From an uncultured Chthonomonadaceae bacterium (GTDB taxonomy: Bacteria; Armatimonadota; Chthonomonadetes; Chthonomonadales; Chthonomonadaceae), in NCBI GenBank assembly GCA_963835065.1, contig CAWIEK010000063.1:192001-256000 (forward strand): 64,000 nt of DNA. The letters are read 5' to 3'. Position numbers and translations under genes: made by a program. Positions 10,678 to 21,900 of the stretch are shown one piece after another; position 1 is the stretch's first letter; every line of letters starts with the position of its first letter. The notes under the pieces were generated by a model that saw nothing but the letters and a program-made list of their open reading frames with translations, searched no databases and was not told the DNA's origin.

Positions 10678-13077
10678 TTGAACAGATTGATGCTGACACG
10701 ATCCCCGGCGCGGCTGCTTACAGATAAGGTCCGAGTAGAAGCGGTTTCCGCTTGCGCCCCGATGCTGACCGCCGCGCAACTGCACGAATGTTATCTGGAA
10801 GCGGTGTACGGCTATGTGGCGCGGCGCGTGGCGCTCCGTCAGGAAGCCGAGGATATTACGGCGGAAGTGTTTGCCGCCGCCTTTGCCGGCCTGCCCGGTT
10901 TTCGGGGCGAGTTTCCCCTGGCCTGGCTGCTGGGGATTGCGCGGCGCAAAATCGCGGATGGGAGGCGCAGCCGGGAAAAGCGACGCGAAACGCTTGCCTC
11001 GGAAATGGCCTTGACGCCGGAAGAAACAAGCGCGTTACTGGAAAATTTGGGAGCCGCAGCGCCCACCCCGGAACAAGCGCTGCATCAGCAGGAAGCGCGG
11101 CAACATATCCGCGCGCTCGTGGACAATCTGCGTCCCGATCAGCGCGAAGCCCTTCTCCTGCAATACGTGGAAGAGTTGTCCATTGTGGAAATCGCGGCAG
11201 TGATGCAGCGCTCGCCCCACGCCGTCAACAGCCTGCTGCAGCGCGCCCGCGCCAACATTTTCCGCGAAGGTCGCGCGTACTTCCTGCCGGATACCACTGC
11301 GTCGGATACTACTTCTGACGAATCCCGCAACCGCCGCGAAAGGCATGGTAAAACCATGAACATTTTCGAGAACATTTTTACTCGTTTCTCGCGCCGCCTG
11401 TTTGCAGCGCCTGCGCCGTCTGTCCATTCTTCTGCGCCGGACACGGATGCAGGGCGCGAAACGACGCTGCGCGAAGTTTTGCAACAGTCGTATGCCGCCC
11501 CGGATGTGCCGAACACCCTGCGGCAGCGCGTTGCCGAATTGGCCGTTTTGAACCATCAGCGGCAGGTGATGCAGCCCATCATTCGGGCGCACTGGCCGCG
11601 CATTGCGCTTGGCGTCACGCTTTGCAGCCTGATGACCGTTGGCGCAGTGGCGTGGCCGCGCCTTCACGCCGTCCTGCTGCTGCGCCAGATGCGATTTGCA
11701 ATGCAGAACGCGCAAACGGCGCATATCGTTACCTGGCAAATGTGGTCCGATGATTGTACGCGCCACAAGCAGATCGAAGCGTTTTACAATAATGGGCAGT
11801 GGCATATCGAAAAATCGTACGGCAACTGGATACACGAACTTCACGAAAGCCTGCGCGCCCCGGATCACTCGACTGCGGTGGAAGAGGTGTTTCGCCCGCC
11901 GAATTTCAACCCTATGAAGATGCCTTCTGTGATCGCCCTGCCGGAAGAATTGATGTTTGTCGGCCTGCAATCGCGCGTGGCGACAGGAAACAAAACCATC
12001 ATACAGGGCAAATCCTGTACGGTCTATATCTGGACAATGGATAACTTGCCCCGTGAAAGTCAGGATATCACGCTGGAAGACAAAACAGGGCTGCCGGTCG
12101 AAAGCGTGTGGCGGCATCAGGATGAAAACGATGTGTGGCAGACCACCGCTATTGTGGAGTACGAGTTCAATGTTTCAAGCGCGCAATTTCCCACAGGCAT
12201 GTCCCTATCCCCTCCTCGGCGTGAAGGCATTGGAGCGACTCGAGATGAATGGGAAAACAGGCTGCAAACGCCCCGAGCCTATATGCAACGCGGCAAAACC
12301 ATTATTGCCATTCGGGATTTGCGCGTCAACAGCGATGGCGACGTGTTTGTGCTGTACACGGCGGGCCACAAGCCCGGCTGGTATCCAGAGTGGGACATTA
12401 CCGCCACCGATGATCAGGGCAACACCTATTTGTACAGCATGCGCTCACCGTTTCATCCAACCATTATGGAACACAATCGTGTGAAAGGCTTCACGTTCAA
12501 CGGCGAAGCGCTGGATGCTGCGCACCTGACGCCGCTGTATCCTTTGAAAGACACCGGAACCGCATGGAAGCCGCGTCACCTGACTATCGCATTGTATCCC
12601 CGTAACGCGGACGCCGCGCTCGCTTATGTGAATGATGGCAAACGCGACAAGTACATGCCGCTGAAGTTTACCCTGTTCGTGGAGCAAGCGGACACGCGGC
12701 GCGTTCCAGGCTACATGCCCTACATGGCGATGTCTCCCTGCGGACTCTACCCGGAGTACGGACTGCAAAGCGAGGCGGCTTGGACGCGCGCTTGCTACTG
12801 GCGGAACGTGAAACACGATCTGGCACAAGCCCTGACATGGTTCCAGCGCATGGAAAGTATTGATAATGCGGAATCACGCCTCCATCACTGGCAGATAAAC
12901 AACGTGTTCGATCTGCTGGAAGAGGCTAAACTGCAAACCTTGCTCGGCCGCCATGCAGAAGCGCGTCAAACCTTACGCCGCGCTGATGCCCGCCGCGCTT
13001 ATGCGGACGCTGCTTCTGTTCGTGAACTAGACGCCGCTTTGCGGAAGGAATCAGGCGCTAAGAGCCTATCCCAATAG
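10678..13077 (+). CDS. ECF sigma-70 factor in frame with a TM-anchored anti-sigma-like/TPR protein (fusion, or two genes joined by an indel)
   Basis: Region 2 'VYGYVARRV..RQEAEDITAEVF', region 4 'LRPDQREALLLQYVEELSIVEIA'; internal GAAAGG..ATG at 11356; TM 'IALGVTLCSLMTVGAVAW'. Confidence 0.75.
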   Translation: MNRLMLTRSPARLLTDKVRVEAVSACAPMLTAAQLHECYLEAVYGYVARRVALRQEAEDITAEVFAAAFAGLPGFRGEFPLAWLLGIARRKIADGRRSREKRRETLASEMALTPEETSALLENLGAAAPTPEQALHQQEARQHIRALVDNLRPDQREALLLQYVEELSIVEIAAVMQRSPHAVNSLLQRARANIFREGRAYFLPDTTASDTTSDESRNRRERHGKTMNIFENIFTRFSRRLFAAPAPSVHSSAPDTDAGRETTLREVLQQSYAAPDVPNTLRQRVAELAVLNHQRQVMQPIIRAHWPRIALGVTLCSLMTVGAVAWPRLHAVLLLRQMRFAMQNAQTAHIVTWQMWSDDCTRHKQIEAFYNNGQWHIEKSYGNWIHELHESLRAPDHSTAVEEVFRPPNFNPMKMPSVIALPEELMFVGLQSRVATGNKTIIQGKSCTVYIWTMDNLPRESQDITLEDKTGLPVESVWRHQDENDVWQTTAIVEYEFNVSSAQFPTGMSLSPPRREGIGATRDEWENRLQTPRAYMQRGKTIIAIRDLRVNSDGDVFVLYTAGHKPGWYPEWDITATDDQGNTYLYSMRSPFHPTIMEHNRVKGFTFNGEALDAAHLTPLYPLKDTGTAWKPRHLTIALYPRNADAALAYVNDGKRDKYMPLKFTLFVEQADTRRVPGYMPYMAMSPCGLYPEYGLQSEAAWTRACYWRNVKHDLAQALTWFQRMESIDNAESRLHHWQINNVFDLLEEAKLQTLLGRHAEARQTLRRADARRAYADAASVRELDAALRKESGAKSLSQ

Positions 13078-13157
13078 GCGCGGTATTTGCGTCTGAGGGA
13101 CGCTTGATTTTTCCTGCCGGGTATTTTCAATGCCCGGCCTATTGGGATCAGGCGCTA
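13059..13157. mobile_element. MITE-like element (TAA-GAGCCTATCCCAATAGG...CCTATTGGGAT)
   Basis: Terminal inverted repeat shared with 52729-52864; internal GCCGGGTATTTTCAATGCCCGGC palindrome. Confidence 0.6.
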
Positions 13158-13246
13158 TGTAGGCCGTTGTCGTAAGTTGGTAGTTTTCTCATGCGCCCGT
13201 TGCCCGCAAAGCCACAAAGTAAGCAGGAGCCTTCCGCCTTCGCGTT

Positions 13247-13276
13247 CAAACCCCGGCCTGGTTCTGCCGGGGTTTG
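13247..13276. terminator. Hairpin between convergent genes
   Basis: CAAACCCCGGC-loop-GCCGGGGTTTG. Confidence 0.5.
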
Positions 13277-13309
13277 CCATTTCTGAATACGCGCGCAGAT
13301 TGGAAGTTT

Positions 13310-14816
13310 CTACCACAACTCTATCTTCTCCAAAGACGCAGTTGCAAGCACAGACGTAGCCGCCACCGCTTCCTGCCAATCCCCGCCCGCATAAAACGCC
13401 AGGTTCAGCGCGTCCATATCGTCCGGCGAACGGCCCAACCGCTTTTTTGTGTCCGCTTTCGGTTCCACGACCCGCCGCCCCTGCGCATCCACCTTCCACG
13501 TCGGAGCCATCGCCTGCGCCCGCAGCAGATTGCGCGACGCTTCGCTCAGGCGCGACAAATCCAGCCGTCCTTCCGCCGCCCGCCCGCTTGCGGCAAACCA
13601 CAATTCCGTGCGCGTGTTCGGAAAACGCTCCTCTTCCAAGGCCCGGCTGCTGCTGTTCACGCCCACAAACGTAAACCCTTCCGCAAGGTCAACCACCGCG
13701 CCCTGCACGTCGTCAATACGGCACGTCACGGTTTGCGGGTCTTCCTGCGGCAGCGCGTACGTTCGGCACAACTGCTTCAAGCGCCCCGCAATCTGCCTGT
13801 TGTCCCAGCCGTTATGCGTTTCGTGCCACAGCGCGCAATTGCCCCGCCGCGCCACGATGCTCGTAAAATCATCCCCGAACCGCGCCTTATCGCACCCGAT
13901 TTGCAGCCGTTCGCCCTCCATCACCTTCTGCGGTTCCAGACATGCCAGCCACAATCCTTCCGTCCACACGCTCACGCTCCCCTGCGTGGGCCACAATCCC
14001 AGCACCCGGCTTTCAAACAGCGGGCCGGGACGATGCCATTTCCCGCTCCCGCTCGGAAACTCGAAATCCTGCGCCTGACGGTCTTCTGTCAATACAGCCG
14101 TACACCATTCCGCGATCCGCCCCTGCACCCATTCCAGCCGAACGGCGCGGGGAAACGGCGCAGGCTTGCCTTCCAGCTCCGCCGCGATATTCGGATGCTC
14201 CAAAGCCGAAATCTCCATCACATGCCACTTCTGCGTGTTCTGGCACTCCTCATACGCGCGGCTCGCCGCGTCCGTCGGGTTCAAAATCACCAGCCAGTAG
14301 CACTCCACACCCGTCATCATGCCTTCCGCCGCATCCCAGAACGCGCTGTCTACGCCCGTCGCCTCATCAAACACGATCAGCACATGCTCCGCATGGCAGC
14401 CCTGAAAGCCGCTGTCATCCCGCGCCGTATACCCGATGGCGAAATGTTCCGGGCTTGTCTCCATCCGGCAGGCGCGCGGCAGCAAAACGCCCCGCTGTGA
14501 TGCGGGGCGCTGGGAGCGTATCTCCTTCCACAAAATATCCTGCACCTGCCGCGCTGTCGGCGCAGTGGTAATGCACAAGCCCGGATCAAAGCAGTCAAAA
14601 AACCAGTTGACCAGTCCACCCGCCAGAAACGATTTTCCGACGCTGTGACTGGCCTTCACGAACACCCGCTTATGCTGCATCAGCGCCCGCGCCACCTCCA
14701 CCTGCTTGTCCCACCACCTGTACGCCCAGCACCTCCTGCGCGTACCTCACAGGATCATTGCGATACCGCGCCAATGCCGCGCTGTCCTTCCCCGTTGCTT
14801 TCTCACCACCCTTCAT
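13310..14816 (-). CDS. Phage terminase large subunit (frameshift near 14718)
   Basis: Walker A 'ASHSVGKSF', Walker B 'LIVFDEATGV', nuclease 'IGCDKARFGDD' and 'RSPDDMDALNLAF'; N-terminus 'YRNDPVRYAQEVLGVQ/WWDKQ' from ATG 14816 with RBS GAGGTGAGG. Confidence 0.85.
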
Positions 14817-15103
14817 TTCCTCACCTCAATCAGTAATCGGCAATCAATTCCTTGTGAGCAGAATACCGCGCGCCCACACGGTACATTCTCGTTTGTCTGC
14901 TGTTTTAGAAGGTCGGGTTGGAGAAATTTGGAAGTTTTTTGAAACTATTTTTGAGGTAGCCTTTGCCGGAGATTTTCTCCTTGGTAAGACAACGCAAGGC
15001 CGGGTGTTTTCAACACCCGGTAGGAAAAAACAAGCGTCTTGCAGACACGGGATTGTGCAATGTTCAAGTGGGCTGTCTATAGTATGACGAGGGGTGGAGT
15101 AGT

Positions 15104-15967
15104 TTACGGCAAGCCAAGCAACTCCGTCCAGCTTTCCACATCTATAATGCGGTCTGCGAGATCTTCGAGCGTTTCCAGCGTCGTGATTCCCGCCAGGGTT
15201 GATTGCACCGCTTCGGAAGGCGGCCCAAAGCGTTTGCCGCCCTGTCGCAGCAGCAGGCGGCGCGCTTCTTCTGCGCGTCCTTCCTGCCGTCCTTCCTGCC
15301 GTCCTTCTTCCACGATTGCTTGATACGTGACAGATTCTTTCATGTTCATTACTCCTTGTAACAGTTGCTGCGTGAACGCGGCCTCATAGCGCAAGCCCAT
15401 CAGCACATTTGTTGCTGTCCACAACTTGCCCGCTTGTTCGGGCGTGGCCTCGGCATCTATGCGCGTCTTCATCCGCTCAATAACAGCAGGCAGCTCTTCC
15501 TCCGTAACATTGGAAAGCGGCGCAAGCGGCAATGTTCCCAACCCGCCTGCCAAAACCTCTTCTACCGGCTTTTCCCACACGCGCACCACCTGATACCGGA
15601 ACTCCAGGTACACGCCCGTATCCGGCAAGCGGTACTGCAATATGCCTGTGATACTGCTTCTGTCCGCGTCCTCACTCAGCAGCAAAACCGCACTCCGAAC
15701 CGGCAGTTTATGGCGGACATGCAGCACCACGCTGTAGTGCAAAGTACGTTCCGGCAAGGTGGGATCGTGCCGGCTTTGAAACTCTATATGCAGCAGCGAA
15801 GGCGCAGCGCCCATGATGCGCAGAACCTTGTCGGCTGCCAGCGAGATTGTAGACAGTTCCGCTTCCACAACCTCCACTTCCTCCAGCGGCAGGCCAATAT
15901 ACGGCAGCCAATCCGAAGGACGCAGTTGCACAAGGTCTTTCGTCGTCGCATCGTACTTTTTCGTCAT
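15104..15967 (-). CDS. Rpn family recombination-promoting nuclease / putative transposase (PD-(D/E)XK, DUF4351-like tail)
   Basis: 'KYDATTKDL', 'ADKVL...LLHIEFQS', 'LLPLAPL'-like motif, 'ESVTYQAIVEEGRQEGRQEGRAEE', 'KRFG'. Confidence 0.85.
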   Translation of the reverse strand: MTKKYDATTKDLVQLRPSDWLPYIGLPLEEVEVVEAELSTISLAADKVLRIMGAAPSLLHIEFQSRHDPTLPERTLHYSVVLHVRHKLPVRSAVLLLSEDADRSSITGILQYRLPDTGVYLEFRYQVVRVWEKPVEEVLAGGLGTLPLAPLSNVTEEELPAVIERMKTRIDAEATPEQAGKLWTATNVLMGLRYEAAFTQQLLQGVMNMKESVTYQAIVEEGRQEGRQEGRAEEARRLLLRQGGKRFGPPSEAVQSTLAGITTLETLEDLADRIIDVESWTELLGLP

Positions 15968-16124
15968 ATATCCTTTTGCCTTTCGAGGGAACCACGTACA
16001 GTCTAAACACGCGAACACATCGTAGAGGTTCTGCTTGCTGAACCCACCTTAAAACGGGCGCAAGCAGCGCAAATCAAGGCGCAGCAAGCAGCGCCCCTAC
16101 ATAAAGGCTTTATCTTGACAGGTA

Positions 16125-17108
16125 TCAGTCTTTAGCCCAGAACATCGCGCCGGGTTTTTCCTTGACGACGGCGATTTCCAGCGTTTGCAGGGCTTTGGTC
16201 AGGCCCTCTTTGGTACTCATCATGCCGTCTTCATGCTCGATGGACAGCACCCAATCGTAGCCGGTCATTTTCAGCGTGGTCACGAAATCGTTCCACCATT
16301 CCTGCGAATGTCCGTAGCCGACCGAGCGGAACACCCAACTCCGCTCCGCAATCGCGCCGTAGCTTTTCACGTCCAGGTTGCCGTTGATGCCCGAATTGAT
16401 GGTGTCAATGCGCGTGTCTTTGGCGTGTACGTGGAAAATCGCGTTTTTGGAGCCGAGGTAGCGGATGGCGGCAAGCGGGTCAATGCCCTGCCACCAGAAG
16501 TGCGACGGGTCGAAGTTGCAGCCGATGTTTTCGCCCGCCGCTTCCCGCAATTTAATCACCGTTTCCGGGTTGTAGACGACAAAGCCGGGATGCGCTTCAA
16601 TGGCGAATTTGACCTTATGCTCCTGCAAAAACTTGTTCTGCTCCGTCCAGTAGGGAATGGCGACCTCGTTCCACTGGTATTCCAGAATGTCGCGGAACTC
16701 GTCAGGCCAGGGGCAAGTCACCCAGTTCGGGTTTTGCCCGCCCGGGCCGGAAGGACAGCCGCTGAAGCCGTTGACCACGCCGATGCCCAGTTTTTCCGCC
16801 AGCAGCACCGCGTTGCGAAACGCCGTGTGGTGTTCCTGCGCAATGGTTTTGTTCGGGTGGATGGGGTTGCCATGCACGGAAATAGCCGTCAGTTCCAGCC
16901 CCCGGCTGTCGAGCATCTGCTGAAGCTGCTTGCGCTTGCCCTCGTCGTTGATCAGGGCTTCCGGCCCGCCCACATCCTGCAAGTGCTTATCGCCGGGATA
17001 CGCGCCCCCGCCGAACTCGACGGCCTGAATGCCCGCGCCCGCAATGTAGTCCAGCGCCTCTTCGATAGGCCGGTCATGGAACAAAGCCGTAAAAATACCG
17101 ATTTTCAT
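16125..17108 (-). CDS. Sugar phosphate isomerase/epimerase (TIM barrel)
   Basis: 'HGNPIHP', 'FSGCP', 'IEAHPG', 'NFDPSH', 'HVHAKD', 'SIEHED'. Confidence 0.92.
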   Translation of the reverse strand: MKIGIFTALFHDRPIEEALDYIAGAGIQAVEFGGGAYPGDKHLQDVGGPEALINDEGKRKQLQQMLDSRGLELTAISVHGNPIHPNKTIAQEHHTAFRNAVLLAEKLGIGVVNGFSGCPSGPGGQNPNWVTCPWPDEFRDILEYQWNEVAIPYWTEQNKFLQEHKVKFAIEAHPGFVVYNPETVIKLREAAGENIGCNFDPSHFWWQGIDPLAAIRYLGSKNAIFHVHAKDTRIDTINSGINGNLDVKSYGAIAERSWVFRSVGYGHSQEWWNDFVTTLKMTGYDWVLSIEHEDGMMSTKEGLTKALQTLEIAVVKEKPGAMFWAKD

Positions 17109-17125
17109 CAATGTCTCCTTTGTCA

Positions 17126-18514
17126 TTACTTCGTCGCCACTTTCGGCGGCGCTTTTTTCGCCAGCGCCGCTTCCGTGTACTTGCAGCCGGCGTTCCACAG
17201 CAGAAACTCGTGGATGCCGAGTTCATGGAGCGCCTTGATTTGCGCTTTCACTTCCGTTGGGCCGTAGTGGGGCGGGCCGAGCGTGAAGTCCTGTATCCAA
17301 GGACGCAGTTTGCAGGTCGGTACGCTGCCAATCAGGTCTTTGGCGTCACCGACAGATTTGAGGATGATTTTGTAGGGTTCCGCGTTGGGGTTGGCGATGC
17401 CGAATTCGCCGTGCGCGTAGTGCGAGGGGTACGTCATGGGGCACATATAATCCACATGGGTCGCCATCTGGCTGAACAGCTGGCCGATGCCCATGTCTTT
17501 GGCAATCTTATCATCCTTGACACTCTTGCCTGCCATGCTCTTGCTCGTGGCGGATGCGGCAGTCAGCGTAGTTTTGCCGTTTGCAGGCTGCCCCGCCGGT
17601 TTCGGCGTTGACATCCCTGACGCGCCCGGCGCAGCATTGCCCATCTTTGCGCTTGCCCCATTCGCGTTTGCCGTTTGCGGCGTGTCTTCGCCGTGCAGGC
17701 GTCGGAAGCGGCGTTCCACTGTCGGGGTCAGGCCGAACACGTCGGCGGAGAAATACGCGCCATGCGCCCGTATCTTCTCCCCCGCGTATTTCAGGAAAGC
17801 GTTGATCTGGTCAATGCGCAGCGAACCGGGAGGCTTGCCGGGATATTGCAGCGTGGAGATTTTGCCCTCGCTTGGAAACCGGACGTAATCGAACTGTATC
17901 TCCTTGAAGCCGTGCTTGATGGCGTCCAGCGCCACATCCACGTTGTAATCCCATACCTCCTTTTTATAAGGGTTCAGCCAGTAGTGGCGTGAGCGGTCGT
18001 GCCATACCTGGCCGTCCGGCCCATGCACCGCCAGGTCCGGGTGGGATTTGGCAAGCGGCGTGTCGCGCATACAGGCAATACGGGCAATCGGCCAGATGTG
18101 GTGCTGATTGAGTGTGGCAATTACCGTATCCACTTTGTACATTCTGCGGGACGCATGGGAGGATATGGCAAGCGGAACATCCGCGTCGTAACTGAGTTCG
18201 CCGTCATCCTTGACATCAATGACCATCGCGTTGAGTTCCGTCCGATCCACCATGCCGCACAGCGCATTAAGACGGTTGTGCAGTCCCGCCGTCCAGCCGG
18301 TCAGATAAATGCCGCGAACGCCGCCTTCGGGCAGGGGCGGGAGCGGAATCGCGGCAGGGGCAGCGGCAGCCATTTTCCCGGCAGGTTTCTGCGCGGCAGG
18401 CGTGGTAGCAGCCGTGTTGCTAGTGGAACGGTGACAGCCGCTCGACAGCAGCATCGCGCCCAGCAAAGCAAAAGTGCGGCTTAACAGAAGGGAGTTCGGC
18501 AGCGCGCCGCTCAT
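17126..18514 (-). CDS. Putative glycoside hydrolase lipoprotein (DUF4015)
   Basis: Lipobox LSSGC; 'RGIYLT', 'NAMVIDVKDDG', 'EIQFDYVRFP', 'PMTYPSHY', 'RPWIQDF', 'LWNA'. Confidence 0.85.
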   Translation of the reverse strand: MSGALPNSLLLSRTFALLGAMLLSSGCHRSTSNTAATTPAAQKPAGKMAAAAPAAIPLPPLPEGGVRGIYLTGWTAGLHNRLNALCGMVDRTELNAMVIDVKDDGELSYDADVPLAISSHASRRMYKVDTVIATLNQHHIWPIARIACMRDTPLAKSHPDLAVHGPDGQVWHDRSRHYWLNPYKKEVWDYNVDVALDAIKHGFKEIQFDYVRFPSEGKISTLQYPGKPPGSLRIDQINAFLKYAGEKIRAHGAYFSADVFGLTPTVERRFRRLHGEDTPQTANANGASAKMGNAAPGASGMSTPKPAGQPANGKTTLTAASATSKSMAGKSVKDDKIAKDMGIGQLFSQMATHVDYMCPMTYPSHYAHGEFGIANPNAEPYKIILKSVGDAKDLIGSVPTCKLRPWIQDFTLGPPHYGPTEVKAQIKALHELGIHEFLLWNAGCKYTEAALAKKAPPKVATK

Positions 18515-18875
18515 TGGGCTGCGTCGCTGAAAAGTACGTCGCTGAAAAGAAGGCACATATTTCGGCATGGTTTGATTACAAACTTTCTGCGCCCGGATTG
18601 CGTCAAGAGCGCATCAATAGGAGTGAAAAGGGCGGATTGCGCGGCGCGGGGGAACACGTCAGACATAGAAACCCCTGCGCCTTTGCGGTATATTTCGGGG
18701 AAAGCCGCGCATATTCCTTTGCTTTTATGGAGGATACGTTTTCGAATTTAAGGCAGTCGCCTGAGCCGGAAATTGAAATCAACATAAGCGAACAGTGAAA
18801 ATTCATTTTTTATGACAGTCAGAGAGCAAGCAGAAACGGCGGCAAAAATAATTTTGTAAATGGGACAAAAATGGC

Positions 18876-18904
18876 TTGACAGAATCAGCAAGGTATGTTA
18901 TTGT
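18876..18904 (+). promoter_or_regulatory. Sigma70-type promoter for the RHS gene
   Basis: TTGACA-17 nt-TATTGT with extended TG. Confidence 0.55.
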
Positions 18905-18963
18905 GTAGAAGCCTGCTGGAAATACCGTATACTTTGTTCCTATTCTCAAGAGGACACACTCTG

Positions 18964-21900
18964 ATGCCGGACAACTCTTCGCGTGATCGCTCTGCCGGTA
19001 CTGGTTCTGCTAAACACGTAGACAAAAGTACCCCCCCCGAATTTTCTTCTCCTGCGGACGCCGCTTCGGGAACGGCTGACAACCCGGAAGTTAACGCTTC
19101 GCGCCGCTCGTTCCTGAAAGGGCTGGCGTCGCTTGGAACCGGCTTGGCTGCTTCCACACTGCTGCCCGCTTCTTCCGACGCGCAGTTTGGCGGCGGCGGG
19201 GGAGGAGGCGTACCCGTTGCGCCGGGTTCTCCTAAATCGTGGCAGGCGAGTGTGGGTCTCTATGGCGGCAACTTCTGCCTGAGCGCCGGCAACACGCAGT
19301 TGAGTTTGCCTGTGTGCGGCTGGGGCGGACTTGGGCGGCGGCATTTCCTTTGCCCTGACCTTCAACAGCCAGAGCAGCCGAACCAGCACCGTCGGACCCA
19401 AGTGGACGCACAGCTACAACATGTTTCTCACCGGCACATCTCCTGTTGTGCTTGTCGAGGGGGATGGAACCGAAACCGCGTATGCGGTGAGCGGAACCAC
19501 GTATACGCCGCCTGCCGGGTGCTATGACAGCCTTGTTCAGAACGGTAACGGAAGCTGGACGCTGACGCGCAAGGGTGGCGTAAAGCTCAACTTCACGGCT
19601 GCGGGCGTATTGAGCAGCATTGTGGACACCAACGGCCTGACGACTACTTTGACGTACACGGGTGGACTGTTGACAACCGTGACCGACCCTGCCAGCCGAA
19701 CCCTGACGCTTGGGTATACGAGCGGACAGTTGACAACCGTGACGGACTGCCAGAGCAAGACCTACACGCTCGGCTACACAAGCGGCAAACTGACCAGTCT
19801 GACCACACCGCCTTTGTCCGGGCAAACGTACAATCAACAGATGACCTACGACAGCAACAACAACGTCGCCTCGCTTTCAGATCGTCTTAGGCCGCACATG
19901 GGGCTATGCGTACTCCGGCAACGTCCTGAGCAGCACCACGCTGCCCGGCGGCGGCGGCGGCGGCTACATGCACATCGTTTCCGGCACGTTCGGTGGCTCC
20001 CCCTGGCCTGCCACTGCCACCAACTTCAGCCACTGGCACGACGCCAACGGCAACATCACGCAGTACGGCATGGACAACTTAGGGCGCATCGTGGGCGTCG
20101 TGGACGCCAACAGCAACATGAGCGTGTTCACGTATGACAACAGCCACAACCGCACGGCAACCCAACTCCCCTCCGGCAAAACGTTCAACTCCACCTTCGA
20201 CACGCTATGGCAATGAACTGGTGTCACAAGACCCGCTCGGACACCAGACGGTCAAGACAGTAGACGGGCCAAGCGGCAGATTGCTCACCAGTACGGACGC
20301 ATTGAGCCATGTGACGAACTATGGCTACGACACGCATGGCAACCTGACCAGTGTTCAGGACGGAAACGGACATACCACAAGCTACGGCGTCAACACGCTT
20401 GGACAGCAAACGAGTTTGACGGATGGGGAAAGCCGAACGTGGCTGACGGGCTACGATGCCAATGGCTTTCCCAACAGCTCTACGGATCCCCTCAGCCATG
20501 TGACCTCGTGGGTCAACAACAGCCTGGGACAGCAGACACAGCGAACCGATCCCCTGAGCCGCGTCACCAACTACACCCTTGATGATTGGGGCAGAACAAC
20601 GGCAGTAGCGTACCCCACGAGCGGCAACACGGGACTTGGCTTCGTGTACAATGCAGCCGGGCAGTTGACGCAAAGCAGCGATGTGACGGGTATTCGCAAC
20701 TACGGCTACAACACGCTCGGCCAGCGAACGAGCATGACCGATCCACGCGGCAACACAGCAGCCACGTATGACCCGCTTGGCAACCTACTGACACAAACCG
20801 ATGTGAGCAGCAGGCAGGTGAGCAACACCCTCAACAGCCTCTACCAACTCGCCTCCGTGTTGGACGGCAACGACAGCGCCCATGCTGACTACGCCTACAA
20901 CGTGGATGGGCTTGTCAGCACAATAACCTACCCCAACGGCACACAAACCACGTATGGCTACGATGGCGCAAACCGCCTCACCAGCCTCAGCCACAAAGTG
21001 GTGGCAACGAACACGGTTCTGGTCAGCTATGCCGCCACGTATGATGCTGCCAACCGGCTGACGAGCATCACGGAGCAGCCAAGCGGGGACGTAACCACGT
21101 TCAGCTATGACAATGCCAACAACCTTCCTTAGCGAAGTCAGGACAGGCACAAAGCCCTACAGTGGCACGTACACGTATGACAACAGCAACCGGCGCAAGA
21201 CGGCTCTTGTCGTCACCAACGGAGTAACCACGCACAACGGCGCGTACACCTACGACGGAGCCGGAAGGTTGACGCAGGTGGTGGACAGCGCCACCAGCCT
21301 GACAGAGTTGTACACGTGGAACAACGACGGAACGCTGGCAAGCGCGCCGGGAAGCGGGTACACGAAGCTGTTCCAGTATGATGAAGAGCAGCATCTCACC
21401 CGCATCCAGCACAACACCGGCAGGAACCATCACAACCGCTTACGACTACGGCTATGCGGCGGATGGCGGCAGGCGATGGAGGAAAGACTATGCCAACAAC
21501 GTGTGGACATGGTATCCCTGTGGCGTGGCCTGCAACGCGGGAGAACTCGTGGAGCAAACAAGCGACCTGACAGGCGCAACGTGGACAACAAGCGCCCTGT
21601 ACTTGAAGGCGGGAAGTGGATGCGGCACAGGCATTGTTCGCCGCAACAGTGAATACCATCACGCAGGCATTGGCGGCAACATCAATCTGGTGAGCGGAGC
21701 CGGCGCGGCTGTGCTTGCCACGCGCATTTCCAACGCTTTTGGCGTACAGCAGTATGCCAGTGGCAGCGCGCAGACACCCTGGATTACCAACGCGGTTTCT
21801 GCGGACGCAGAGGGACTGCAACTGCGCGCAAACTGCCTGCTGGTTGCGGAACGCGCTCTCAGTGTTTCTGCTGTTTGCCAGGTAGTTACTCCCGTTATAC

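Noticed and set aside
15104..15967. Rpn-like gene as an active IS element
   Set aside because: No terminal inverted repeats or target duplication visible.
16067..16100. Half REP (GGCGCAGCAAGCAGCGCCCCTAC)
   Set aside because: Single degenerate GTAG-type copy; too weak to call separately.
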